A DNA stretch of 33,729 nucleotides from a virus (lineage: Duplodnaviria > Caudoviricetes). Within the stretch, counting starts at the first letter, position 1; every line of letters begins with the position of its first letter. Below the pieces are notes generated by a model, which was given only the letters and a program-made list of their open reading frames with translations, had not been told where the DNA came from and made no database searches. The position numbers were made by a program, and so were the translations under genes. Shown piece after piece: positions 6,826 through 15,768 of this stretch. The stretch is taken from positions 1 through 33,729 of IMG/VR virus record IMGVR_UViG_3300037048_000077. One strand, 5' to 3'.

Positions 6826-7725
6826 ATGAAAGACTTAAGGCGCGAAGTCGCCGAACGATTGGAAAAGATTTTTTTAAAATCTCACGGCAGCAGGTCGGAG
6901 ATTGCGAAAATTATTTGCAGTACGCCGCAGAATTTAAGCGGGTTTTTCGCAGGCAAACAAAATCTTAGCGTGAATCAGATTTATGAAATTGCAAAAACGA
7001 AGCAAGTGCGCGCCGGATGGCTGGCCTTTGGCGAAGAGCCGAAAGAAAATCTTTCGCCGGATGAAATTGCCTTTGTTCGCCAGTGGGAAACGCTGGACGC
7101 GCAGCAACGGAAAACGATTTTGGAAATGGTGAAAGCGTTTCAGCCGAAAGCCGCCCAAACAGAAGAAAAGTTCCCGCCGATGCGGGAAGTCGTCAAACAC
7201 TTTGCCTCAATTGACCGCCGGGATGAAATTGCCGTGTACGAACGCTCAAAGAACGTCAAAGCCAAAGTTCCGCACTGGTACGGATTGGCCGCCGGAAGCG
7301 GGCGGGAAATGGAAAAAGTTGACGAGCTCTACGGTTTCAAGCGCCTGGAACGCTACGCCAATTTGTGCACGGCAATCATTATCGGCGAATCCATGCGCGA
7401 AACCTTATTGCCGAACGATGAAGTTATTTTGCAGTCGTTTTCCACTGGAACGGAGTTGATGCCGATTGGCAAGCATGATCCGAAACACGACTTAGCCCAT
7501 TTGCGCAATACAATTACACACGATTCGATTTGCGTTTTGGCAATAGATGATCCTGAATTGGCAACCCTGAAGCGGGTGTGTTACAGCGGCAAAGGCGATA
7601 CATGGCATTTGCAGATTGCCGCCGACAATTTGAATTCCGATTGGGGTCCGCCACACGTCATCGGTCGGCATCAGCACGTTTGGTTTTACGCGAAGCTGGT
7701 AGGCTTGGTTAAAAAGGCAAATTGA
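6826..7725 (+). CDS. CI-like repressor (HTH + S24 autopeptidase)
   Basis: N-terminal HTH (SRSEIAKIICSTPQNLS..WLAFGE), LAAG cleavage-type site, IIGESM catalytic Ser, ATLKR Lys. Confidence 0.85.
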   Translation: MKDLRREVAERLEKIFLKSHGSRSEIAKIICSTPQNLSGFFAGKQNLSVNQIYEIAKTKQVRAGWLAFGEEPKENLSPDEIAFVRQWETLDAQQRKTILEMVKAFQPKAAQTEEKFPPMREVVKHFASIDRRDEIAVYERSKNVKAKVPHWYGLAAGSGREMEKVDELYGFKRLERYANLCTAIIIGESMRETLLPNDEVILQSFSTGTELMPIGKHDPKHDLAHLRNTITHDSICVLAIDDPELATLKRVCYSGKGDTWHLQIAADNLNSDWGPPHVIGRHQHVWFYAKLVGLVKKAN

Positions 7726-8834
7726 TGACAATCGGGAAATGGGTTTCACTTGGTTGCGGATCGTATCGGCGAGTTCGCACGGGCGTTTACGAAGTCAACT
7801 ATCGGCCGCAAGGGTCCACCGGCAAGCAAGTGCGGCGGCTCGTGCCGGCCACCGAAGAGGAAATCAAAGAACTGATCCGGTCGGCGGCGCGAAACAAAGC
7901 TCGGCAAAACTCCGGCCTCGCGCCTTCGGTCACGTGGCTTTATGCAAAAATGCTGTTCAAGGACCGGCTGACCGCCAAAGGCAACGTGGAAAAGTACGTT
8001 GCCGAAATCATCAAAACCATTGACGAATTGAAGGAGAAAACAGGCGCAAGCAGCCCTGCGGACGTGGACGCCGTGATAATCGAAAACTGGCTTAACGAAA
8101 AAGCAAAAGCCGCGCAAGCTGCCCAGCGGCCGGGGTGGGCGCGAACCTGCAACAAGAGCCGCACGATTGCCGGAACATTCTTTCGATTCCTTATGCGCCG
8201 CCGCATGATCCAGCATAACCCCGTAGATGCCGTGGAACCTTTCCGGCAAACCCGTCGCCCCCCCCGCGCCTTAACACCCGACGAATACGCACGGGTCTGG
8301 GCTGCCTGCGAAGCGCCGGTCAGGGATTTATTGGACTTTTTACTGATAACCGGGTGCCGATTCGGCGAAGCCGCCGCGATGAAATTCGGCGACGTAGACG
8401 AAAAAGGAATATGGACTTGCCAGAAGCGCAAAGGACGCGACTATCTCAGACAGGAATTGCCGAAAGTGTTGCTCGATGCAATCGCACGGCAGCCCAAAGA
8501 AAAAGACGGACTCATCTGGCGCAAACATAGAACCACCGCCGAAACGCGGTGCAAAGACGGAGCGGAAATAGACGTGTTTTGGCTGAAACGTGTTTTGGCG
8601 GTGCGGTGCAAAAGGGCAAACGTGAAGCGGTTTTCCGCACACGCGCTGCGCCATGCCGCCGCAACATGGGCCAGCGCCGCAGGCGCAAGTCCATGGGCGA
8701 TCAAGGCACACTTAGGACACGCGCAGCTTTCCACAACCGAGCGGTACTCAGATTTAAGTCAAAGTGGGAGTAAATTAGGAGTAGAAGTGATTGACAAAAT
8801 AAGACTTAATGCAATACAAAGCATTGCGCAATAA
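7725..8834 (+). CDS. Tyrosine integrase
   Basis: TGCRFGE, HALRH, HLGH..LSTTERY catalytic residues. Confidence 0.93.
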   Translation: MTIGKWVSLGCGSYRRVRTGVYEVNYRPQGSTGKQVRRLVPATEEEIKELIRSAARNKARQNSGLAPSVTWLYAKMLFKDRLTAKGNVEKYVAEIIKTIDELKEKTGASSPADVDAVIIENWLNEKAKAAQAAQRPGWARTCNKSRTIAGTFFRFLMRRRMIQHNPVDAVEPFRQTRRPPRALTPDEYARVWAACEAPVRDLLDFLLITGCRFGEAAAMKFGDVDEKGIWTCQKRKGRDYLRQELPKVLLDAIARQPKEKDGLIWRKHRTTAETRCKDGAEIDVFWLKRVLAVRCKRANVKRFSAHALRHAAATWASAAGASPWAIKAHLGHAQLSTTERYSDLSQSGSKLGVEVIDKIRLNAIQSIAQ

Positions 8835-8842
8835 TAACTTGC

Positions 8843-8879
8843 GCCGCCTTAGCTCAGTGGTAGAGCAGCGGTTTTGTAA
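8843..8879 (+). mobile_element. attP core: 5' half of tRNA-Thr(TGT) ending at the anticodon loop
   Basis: GCCGCCT-TA-GCTC-AGTGGTA-GAGC-A-GCGGT-TTTGTAA, after which tRNA similarity stops (no 3' anticodon stem or T arm); 8 nt after the integrase stop. Confidence 0.85.
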
Positions 8880-9002
8880 TAATATAAATGCAGAATTTTC
8901 CGCTATGGTTTTTTTGGTTCATAGGGGAATGGTTTGAAATAGGTTGAAATGATTTGTTTAATTTTGGGTTTATTGGGAGTAGGTTGGGAGGCGGTTTTTT
9001 AG

Positions 9003-9341
9003 TTAGAATCCGGATTTCTGGGCGGTTTCGGGGGCATGAAGGGCGATTCCGAGTTTGGGTAAATATTGGCTTGCGGCAACGCCGCCGCAAAACCCGGCGA
9101 GGATTGCGACGACAACCAACCAGCGGTGCCGGAGGCGTTGCTTGCTCAAGATTGCGCCCGGTGATAATAAGCGGCCATCCGCCGCTTCGACATGGATGTG
9201 CAAATGCTGTTCGTTTGCCGCAAGACTGACCCACGGAGATTTGACTCCGGTTTTGGGATTCGCCGAAAACTCAAACGTGGTCCCGTCGGTTGCTTGGCAC
9301 ACAATGCGGTTTTCACGATTGATCAAAACATCGGTTTTCAT
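9003..9341 (-). CDS. Hypothetical protein with C-terminal hydrophobic segment
   Basis: 112-aa ORF, AAGGGA RBS, WLVVVAILAGFCGGVAA. Confidence 0.55.
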   Translation of the reverse strand: MKTDVLINRENRIVCQATDGTTFEFSANPKTGVKSPWVSLAANEQHLHIHVEAADGRLLSPGAILSKQRLRHRWLVVVAILAGFCGGVAASQYLPKLGIALHAPETAQKSGF

Positions 9342-9400
9342 GGTGGTTCCCCTTTCTGAATTTTAAGATACCACAAACCAGACTGTGAGGATATTTTTTT

Positions 9401-10501
9401 TTATAAAAATGAGGGGTCTTCAAATTTAGAGCGCACGCTAAATCCGTAATCATCACTAGACATGCTTGACACCGTATCATAATCGCTCCATGTGTCGCCT
9501 TCGTCGTCTGACATTTCGATAAGGCGTGTTTTCGCATCGAAATTTTTAAATCGGTATAATTTGTTTTTTATTTTCAAAAGCGGCCCGCCTCCAAGTTCTG
9601 AAAAATTTTGTCCGCCATTGGTCGTGTACCATACTTTTTGCGCCCCATAAAATCCTGTGATAATTACCCGGCCTGAATCCATAACGTGGACTTGTCGTGA
9701 CGTTAAATTGGTCGCCCAAAAATTCGGCAGATCGTGATTGTAGCTGCTCCAAGTCGCGCCGTCATCATCGGAATAAAAAGTTTTTTTTCCATCTCCAGAA
9801 TACGGAGCTCCAACCAAAACAATGCGACCGCCGGCTGTAACCCATGCCCAACCCGGCGTTGTGTCCCAATTGTATCCGGAATAATTATAAACTAAAACTT
9901 CAGTCCAATTTGCACCATCATCGTCCGAATACTCACAGAAAAAATTTGTACCAATTGGAGACGTGATGCCGTGATAATTTCTTGAGAACGTAACAAGTCT
10001 ACCAGAAGCCAATTTTAAAAGAATAGGCAGTGCACGAAATGAATTTTCAGCAACACTACTTCTTAAATTAACGCTTGACCATGAATCACCATCATTATCC
10101 GAATAATAAAATTTTGGCATAACGCCTGCGCCTGCATGAAGCGTCATTCCAAGCCGCCCGTCAATATCAATTATTCGTGACCAGAGTTCCCCTGAGTAAT
10201 CTATGACAACATTTTTTGTCCTGGTTAATACGGCATCATTTAAACGCTCATTGCAATGGCCCCACATTTCACGCCATGCGCCTCCGACAAATGATTTCAT
10301 AAACCGATTTTCAAAATTAGTGTTGTTATTCACGGTGTCTTTTGCCCAATTGCCTTTTCGGTTACTGCGGTGCATTTCTACTGAAGAACCAACACGCCAC
10401 GCCAAGAGGTCGTAACCTGCGCCGGCATCGCGAGCGCCAAGCGGCGACCGGATGAACGCGCCCATCGGCGAGCGGCCGAAAGATTGGAATGCAACGGTCA
10501 T
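9401..10501 (-). CDS. Asp-box (BNR) beta-propeller, sialidase-like; probable receptor-binding protein
   Basis: YSDNDGDSW, YSDDDGANW, YSDDDGATW, YTTNGGQNF, MSDDEGDTW; last gene of the tail operon. Confidence 0.75.
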   Translation of the reverse strand: MTVAFQSFGRSPMGAFIRSPLGARDAGAGYDLLAWRVGSSVEMHRSNRKGNWAKDTVNNNTNFENRFMKSFVGGAWREMWGHCNERLNDAVLTRTKNVVIDYSGELWSRIIDIDGRLGMTLHAGAGVMPKFYYSDNDGDSWSSVNLRSSVAENSFRALPILLKLASGRLVTFSRNYHGITSPIGTNFFCEYSDDDGANWTEVLVYNYSGYNWDTTPGWAWVTAGGRIVLVGAPYSGDGKKTFYSDDDGATWSSYNHDLPNFWATNLTSRQVHVMDSGRVIITGFYGAQKVWYTTNGGQNFSELGGGPLLKIKNKLYRFKNFDAKTRLIEMSDDEGDTWSDYDTVSSMSSDDYGFSVRSKFEDPSFL

Positions 10502-11001
10502 TCGTCGGCCTTTGCCCAGGCGCGGGCGTCAAGATTTAAGTCCATCCACATTGGCGCACTTTCAACGCCGGTTCCGCCCGTCGGCGAAAACGCCGCATAA
10601 ATTATATCTCCGGCAACGTAGTTTGGGACAATGACTTGGTCTTCTTCTTCGTAATCTTCGTCTGTCGCCGTTCGTTCGACTTCAGATGTGTACACGTAGG
10701 AAATTGCATCTCTTGTTTTTTCGTCAAACGGTGTGCGTTGCAGCATGTAAGGTTTGGCAACGTTGTAATATTTTGGATCTGAAGATGTGTCCCCGGGCTC
10801 CATGCAAACAATTAAATCATCGTCAACGGACACGACTTCAAAGCGTTTAATTTTGCCGACACCTTTGGCAAAAATCTGTTGGCATGACGGGACTTCGACC
10901 AAGCGGTTTTGCTTGTCTATTTGTTCATTGAGCAAGGACGCAACAAGTTTATCACCTTTTGCCCAACGTTTGGTTGGATGCAATTTTTCGCCTGTTGTCA
11001 C
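10498..11001 (-). CDS. Putative tail tip protein
   Basis: 167-aa acidic ORF in the tail operon downstream of the tape measure. Confidence 0.5.
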   Translation of the reverse strand: MTTGEKLHPTKRWAKGDKLVASLLNEQIDKQNRLVEVPSCQQIFAKGVGKIKRFEVVSVDDDLIVCMEPGDTSSDPKYYNVAKPYMLQRTPFDEKTRDAISYVYTSEVERTATDEDYEEEDQVIVPNYVAGDIIYAAFSPTGGTGVESAPMWMDLNLDARAWAKADE

Positions 11002-11003
11002 GG

Positions 11004-11795
11004 TTAACTTTCTCCCGCTAAATGCAGGTCGGCAAAGTCGGCCATAGCGTAAGGACTTTTTACGGTCATGCCGTTACCTTCGGTCACGCGACCATCCACT
11101 TGCCCGGTATCTGGATCGGTGTATGCAACAACAACATCCCAACCGGGGTAATCGTTTGAATTCAATGTGAATTCGGGCCGGTAAAGGAATTGATACGAGA
11201 CGTCAAAGTCACCCATTGCATCTTCACGCCATTCGATGCGATTGCAAAGAATACAACCAACCGGATACCCGCGCCATTCGGCTGAGTTGACTTTACCAAT
11301 AAATTCTTTGGCAATATCTTCCGGCGAACCGGCTTCTTTACGGTTGAAATTTAACACCAAGACAGGATCGAATTTTTTCAACTTTACGCCTTGAGTAAAG
11401 GCAACACCGCTTGGGTACGGAATTGTCAAAGTGACTGCTAAAAGATTTCCCGCATAATCAAGGTTTGTTTCAACTTCCTGCAACGTGGTTTCGCCGCTTA
11501 CTTTTGGCGTTGAAGACACGGATGACCATTCGTAATCAATTCTGATTTTGGCTTTGTTGTGGCTGATCGGAATCGCGCTTACCTTCGTGACCCAAAAATT
11601 TGAAATGCTTGGATGCTCATCATAAATTTTCGGCACGCCTTCGGCATCGAGGGCTTCCTGTGCAATTGTCGTTTCGTCGGTTTCGCCATCCAGCGCCGTA
11701 ACGTACCCGGTCCGGACAAGCGACCGGCCCTCGGCGGTTTCGACCAGCTCCCCTTCTTCGAGACGGTCCAGCATTACAATTGGGGCTTCGCTCAT
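11004..11795 (-). CDS. Putative distal tail/hub protein
   Basis: 263-aa beta-rich ORF directly after the tape measure. Confidence 0.55.
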   Translation of the reverse strand: MSEAPIVMLDRLEEGELVETAEGRSLVRTGYVTALDGETDETTIAQEALDAEGVPKIYDEHPSISNFWVTKVSAIPISHNKAKIRIDYEWSSVSSTPKVSGETTLQEVETNLDYAGNLLAVTLTIPYPSGVAFTQGVKLKKFDPVLVLNFNRKEAGSPEDIAKEFIGKVNSAEWRGYPVGCILCNRIEWREDAMGDFDVSYQFLYRPEFTLNSNDYPGWDVVVAYTDPDTGQVDGRVTEGNGMTVKSPYAMADFADLHLAGES

Positions 11796-11798
11796 GGT

Positions 11799-13085
11799 TT
11801 AATCCTCAACGTAGGCTACGCGGTTATTGCGTAAGATTTCCGCAATATCATCCAACTTGCGGTGTGTTGTTGTGTCCCCGGTTTCGTCTGCGCCACTGTT
11901 CAGAAACAATTTTGAGTAGCCGATGTTCCGCACGTCAATTTCTTGCCCCAAAGGGACACCCACGCGGGCGGACAGTTCCGGTATTTTGTCGAGATTTATT
12001 CCTATGCCGGGAACGCTTGAATTTTTAAGACGCTCCAATTCTTCCGCTTTTTCTTCAGCTCTCAATTTTGCATTTCGCTCTTGAAATTCTTTCAAGCCCA
12101 TGCCGCTTTGTTTTTTTGTAAGTAATTTGTCCAGAACTATGGCCGCTCCCGTAAGTAGCGCCGCTCCGGCAACTATTGGCCCTCCTAATGCAAGCGCTCC
12201 CATGCCGACTTTACCTATTGCAGCACCAGAGGAAACGGCTGCGGCCGTATTCGCAGCGGCTAATTTTGCCTTTGCCGCCGCAAGCCCAAGCGTCGCGGTT
12301 GTCAAGATTCCATACGCAGAAGCCAGCGACATCGCCGCCGTACCGATTGCCAACAAACCAGTACCTATTTTCAAAATTGTTACTACAGCTTCTTTGTTTG
12401 CTGAAACCCAATCCGTTAGCTTGATAACATGCGTTTGTAATGCTTCGGCAAATTTTATAATTGTCGGGCCAAGTGCTTCTCCAACGGCGAACGTCAATTT
12501 CTTTACAGTCAACCAAAGTTCGGTCATCGAATCATTGAATTTTGCCGCCGCCGCCGCTTGGTTTGTTGAAATTTCTAAGCCAAGCGATTTGGCCTTGTCA
12601 AGCAGCGCTTGAATTCCCGACGCGCCTTCTTTGAGGAATGGCAAGAGTTGTGTGCCAGATCGGCCAAAAAGTTCCATCGCCGCAGCCGCCTGTTCCGTCG
12701 GATCATCCATCGCCACGATTTCATCCGCGAATGCTTTAAGATTCGCTTCGGCATCCCCTTTGCCCATGTCATACTGCATTCTCTTGAAGGATTTTTCGAA
12801 ATCTTCCATGCTCGCACCGGAAAGCCCCACGGCATAAGTCAACTTCGACAACGTTTCAACTGATACGCCGGTACGCTTGGACATTTTGTCGAGGTTGTCA
12901 CCCATGCTTGAAAATATTTTTGTTGCAGCCAAAAGCGGGGCAGTGATCGTTCCGCCAATTTGCATCATGGACGCGCCGAACGCCTTGAGTTTTCTGGACG
13001 CGTTGTTAAGCCCCTTGACGAATTCAGAATTGTTTACGCCAAGTTCCACGTATGCACGCCCTGCGCGAATTCCGTCAGCGGACAT
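11799..13085 (-). CDS. Tail tape measure protein (short, 428 aa)
   Basis: IRAGRAYVELG start, LDKMSKRTGVSVETLSKL, AAMELFGRSGTQLLPFL; Ala-rich. Confidence 0.88.
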   Translation of the reverse strand: MSADGIRAGRAYVELGVNNSEFVKGLNNASRKLKAFGASMMQIGGTITAPLLAATKIFSSMGDNLDKMSKRTGVSVETLSKLTYAVGLSGASMEDFEKSFKRMQYDMGKGDAEANLKAFADEIVAMDDPTEQAAAAMELFGRSGTQLLPFLKEGASGIQALLDKAKSLGLEISTNQAAAAAKFNDSMTELWLTVKKLTFAVGEALGPTIIKFAEALQTHVIKLTDWVSANKEAVVTILKIGTGLLAIGTAAMSLASAYGILTTATLGLAAAKAKLAAANTAAAVSSGAAIGKVGMGALALGGPIVAGAALLTGAAIVLDKLLTKKQSGMGLKEFQERNAKLRAEEKAEELERLKNSSVPGIGINLDKIPELSARVGVPLGQEIDVRNIGYSKLFLNSGADETGDTTTHRKLDDIAEILRNNRVAYVED

Positions 13086-13086
13086 A

Positions 13087-13557
13087 TCACACCCCTTTCT
13101 TTACAGAATTTTGCCAAATGTCTTTCAATGCCTTCCGCGTTTTTGACCGTTCAAACGCCGGTTGCATGAACGGTCTGGCCGCATAAATCGCGGGCTTTCC
13201 CCGGCGGATTGTCGCGCCGCCGTATTCGAGAATTGGCAAAACATCGCTGTATTTTTTTCCCAATTTTACCGGCCCAATAATTACCGACTGTTTTCCAATG
13301 TCGGCGTAATAAAAAATATTTTTCTTGATCAAATCCGTGTGGCTGTGCGGCGCATGACCGGGCTTGGAATATCCGCCTTTGTGGACCAAAGAGTTTTGCG
13401 CGGCCTTGCGCACGTAGCCGCCGAACTTGTTTAGGTTTTTGATCACCGCCTTATCCATTGCCGACATCACCGCCGCCCGGTCAAAAAATAAATCCTTGAC
13501 CTTGATTAGGTCACTTCCGCCACCGCTTCCAGGATTCAATGCCTTGGCAAAGCTCAT
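13087..13557 (-). CDS. HK97 gp10-like tail completion/neck protein
   Basis: LEYGG...ARPFMQPAFE motif. Confidence 0.65.
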   Translation of the reverse strand: MSFAKALNPGSGGGSDLIKVKDLFFDRAAVMSAMDKAVIKNLNKFGGYVRKAAQNSLVHKGGYSKPGHAPHSHTDLIKKNIFYYADIGKQSVIIGPVKLGKKYSDVLPILEYGGATIRRGKPAIYAARPFMQPAFERSKTRKALKDIWQNSVKKGV

Positions 13558-13572
13558 CAGCCGCCCTTTCGA

Positions 13573-14370
13573 TTACGATGCGCGGTACTGCGCTTTAATC
13601 CGCACCACGTCCTTTGCGAATGCTTCGGCATTTGGAAGCGTTTCGTGGGCGCTTTCCAAAGCGGCGTAAATGGCATCCTTGACCTGTTGATCAGTCAAGC
13701 CTTTTAAGCCGTTTTCTTTGTATGCGGCCTTCACCGCGTCAATGGCGTCATCAATGCCCTGAACGGTCTTGACCAGCCCCGCTTGCACCCGGCGCCGCCG
13801 CCACGCCGCAAACAGGGCAAAACCGGCACCCAACAAGCCTGAGATCGTGCCGCCAACCGGACCAAGTAAATTTAGGGCGCTCATCGCCGCGTTGCCCACA
13901 GCCCCAAGAACACCCGTTGCCGCGTCTGCGTCAGCCGCCGCCGCACGGTAATTTTGGATTGCCAAATCTACGGCTTGGCTTTGGCCGGCGACCGTCGCCG
14001 CCGCCGCTTGGGAAGATAAGGCTTTGGCTTCCAATTCTGATTTTCCAGCCGACAACGCCAAAGTTTCCGCTTGCGTCGCCGCTTCCACCGCCGCGACAAA
14101 CGGGATCGGCGGCATCCGTTTATCCGCTTCCGGAACCGGCAGCGATTCGGCAACCGCCCGCGTTTCCACTTTCAGAATTTCAATGCCCGGTCGCGTGGGC
14201 GCTTCAAGAGGCGTTGCTTTTGCCAACTCCTCCGTGCTGTCGGCGATGTGGTACGCGGTTCGCGCATACGCATCACGCTCGGACTTGAAAACACGTCCAC
14301 AGCCAAACGGAAACGAAAAAAGAGTAATTCCGAACGCCAACACGAACGAATTGATCAAGGCCCTTTTCAT
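13573..14370 (-). CDS. Lipoprotein with a second hydrophobic helix (spanin-like candidate)
   Basis: MKR + hydrophobic stretch + FPFGC lipobox-like; Ala-rich middle; ISGLLGAGFALFAAWRRRR transmembrane segment. Confidence 0.45.
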   Translation of the reverse strand: MKRALINSFVLAFGITLFSFPFGCGRVFKSERDAYARTAYHIADSTEELAKATPLEAPTRPGIEILKVETRAVAESLPVPEADKRMPPIPFVAAVEAATQAETLALSAGKSELEAKALSSQAAAATVAGQSQAVDLAIQNYRAAAADADAATGVLGAVGNAAMSALNLLGPVGGTISGLLGAGFALFAAWRRRRVQAGLVKTVQGIDDAIDAVKAAYKENGLKGLTDQQVKDAIYAALESAHETLPNAEAFAKDVVRIKAQYRAS

Positions 14371-14389
14371 GGGTTATCCTCCGCAAAAT

Positions 14390-14770
14390 TTACTGGCCGC
14401 GTAAACCACCATCACCATTGACAGGAGCAACAGCAGCCACATCTTTGTTTCTTCGTCCGGGTCCGGTTCCATTCTTTGGTTTTCCCCGCAAGAAACATTT
14501 CAAAGCTTTCACGCTCACCCGGTCTTTTGCCGCGAATTTCGGCTTGTGCGCCGTTTGCGCGAACGGGTTGAAATCGCTCGGTACGAACGGCGTAGATTTC
14601 TTTTTTTGATCGCGATTGGCGTTGGCAAACATCGCCATAAACGCCGATTCCCGCGTCCATGCTTCTTTTACTCGCCCTTCCGCCATCCACACCAATTCGC
14701 GCAAGGAAAAATCATCCGGCGTTACACCAATGATTCCGGCGTTTTCGTAGATGATTCGCCAAACGTCGGC
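14390..14770 (-). CDS. Tail assembly chaperone downstream (gpT-like) frame
   Basis: The frame is open upstream of the annotated start (DVWRIIYENAGIIGVTPDDFSLRELVWMAEGR...PSDFNPF) and overlaps the upstream chaperone in the -1 frame; start approximate. Confidence 0.6.
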   Translation of the reverse strand, partial: ADVWRIIYENAGIIGVTPDDFSLRELVWMAEGRVKEAWTRESAFMAMFANANRDQKKKSTPFVPSDFNPFAQTAHKPKFAAKDRVSVKALKCFLRGKPKNGTGPGRRNKDVAAVAPVNGDGGLRGQ

Positions 14771-15219
14771 AGCGGTCTGCTGAATTCCCGCTCGATTGTG
14801 GTCTTGATGTGCGCTTCCATCTCCGGACTGTCCAGCCGCTCCTGTGCTTTTTGGAGGATCGCCGTCTCGAACGATTTTAGTTTTTTCAACTGCGCGTCCA
14901 GAATCGTCCGCTTCGGCGAAGGGAAAAAATTTATGATGCCCTCCAACAGCGCATTTGCCGCGTCCGCAATCGCGTCGCCGGCTAACGACGAACCGAAATC
15001 TTCATCGGTAACGCTTCCCGCATCCGCTTGCGGTTTGACCACGGCAAACAACACGTCGCACAGGAGAATCGGATCGGAAGACAGACGCACCAACAAATCT
15101 TTCCCTTCGACCACGGACATGAGGTCAACGCTCGTCAGCGAGCGCACCCGCTTGACTGTCGAAACGTTGACCATCACGTCCCATTTGCGGCCCTTGTTAT
15201 CCGCGAACACCGTCGGCAT
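14722..15219 (-). CDS. Tail assembly chaperone (gpG-like)
   Basis: Directly after the tail tube gene; FADNKGRKW...DPILLCDVLF...INFFP; start moved to ATG 15219. Confidence 0.7.
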   Translation of the reverse strand: MPTVFADNKGRKWDVMVNVSTVKRVRSLTSVDLMSVVEGKDLLVRLSSDPILLCDVLFAVVKPQADAGSVTDEDFGSSLAGDAIADAANALLEGIINFFPSPKRTILDAQLKKLKSFETAILQKAQERLDSPEMEAHIKTTIEREFSRPLPTFGESSTKTPESLV

Positions 15220-15250
15220 TGGTTGGCCCTCGTTCTTTTTTTTCAGCCTG

Positions 15251-15691
15251 TTACGACGCAACAATGTGCCACGACGGCGCGTTGTCCGCATACGTCGGCT
15301 TGATCGTCACGGCAACTTTGATCGCCTCTTCCAACGGCTCTTGGCGCTCGAACTGGATCACGCTGAACGTCGCGCGTAAACCCTCGCTCCCGCCGGCAGA
15401 CACGGAACCATCGAGGCACAACACCTCGATGGACGTATCATTCAGCCACGCATCGAGGAAGGCTTGAAAATCCGTGTCGGCCGTGTCCCAGAGCATTTCA
15501 AAGCTCACCACGCCTTCTTTCAGCGCGCCGACAATGGCCCGCCAGCCGCCGTTTTTCCGTGTGGTAACGTCCGCTTCGGACTTCGACAGCCCAAGCGTAA
15601 CATCCTTGACGTTTTCCACTTCGACCCACGTCGGGGAGGCGTAGTTTCCCGTGTTGCGGTACAGTTTCGCATCCAATCCCAGAACAATCAT
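15251..15691 (-). CDS. Major tail (tube) protein
   Basis: LGLDAKLYRNTG..W.EVENVKDVTL...ADVTTRKNGGW; AAGGA RBS. Confidence 0.8.
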   Translation of the reverse strand: MIVLGLDAKLYRNTGNYASPTWVEVENVKDVTLGLSKSEADVTTRKNGGWRAIVGALKEGVVSFEMLWDTADTDFQAFLDAWLNDTSIEVLCLDGSVSAGGSEGLRATFSVIQFERQEPLEEAIKVAVTIKPTYADNAPSWHIVAS

Positions 15692-15768
15692 GGTTTCGTT
15701 CCTTTCCTATGAGGCGCGTTTCAAGCGCGTTTGTTTTTCTTCGGGCAGCAACTCGATTTGCGGCCCGG

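Noticed and set aside
8843-8920. Complete tRNA-Thr gene
   Set aside because: The 3' anticodon stem, T arm and acceptor 3' strand are missing; treated as the att core.
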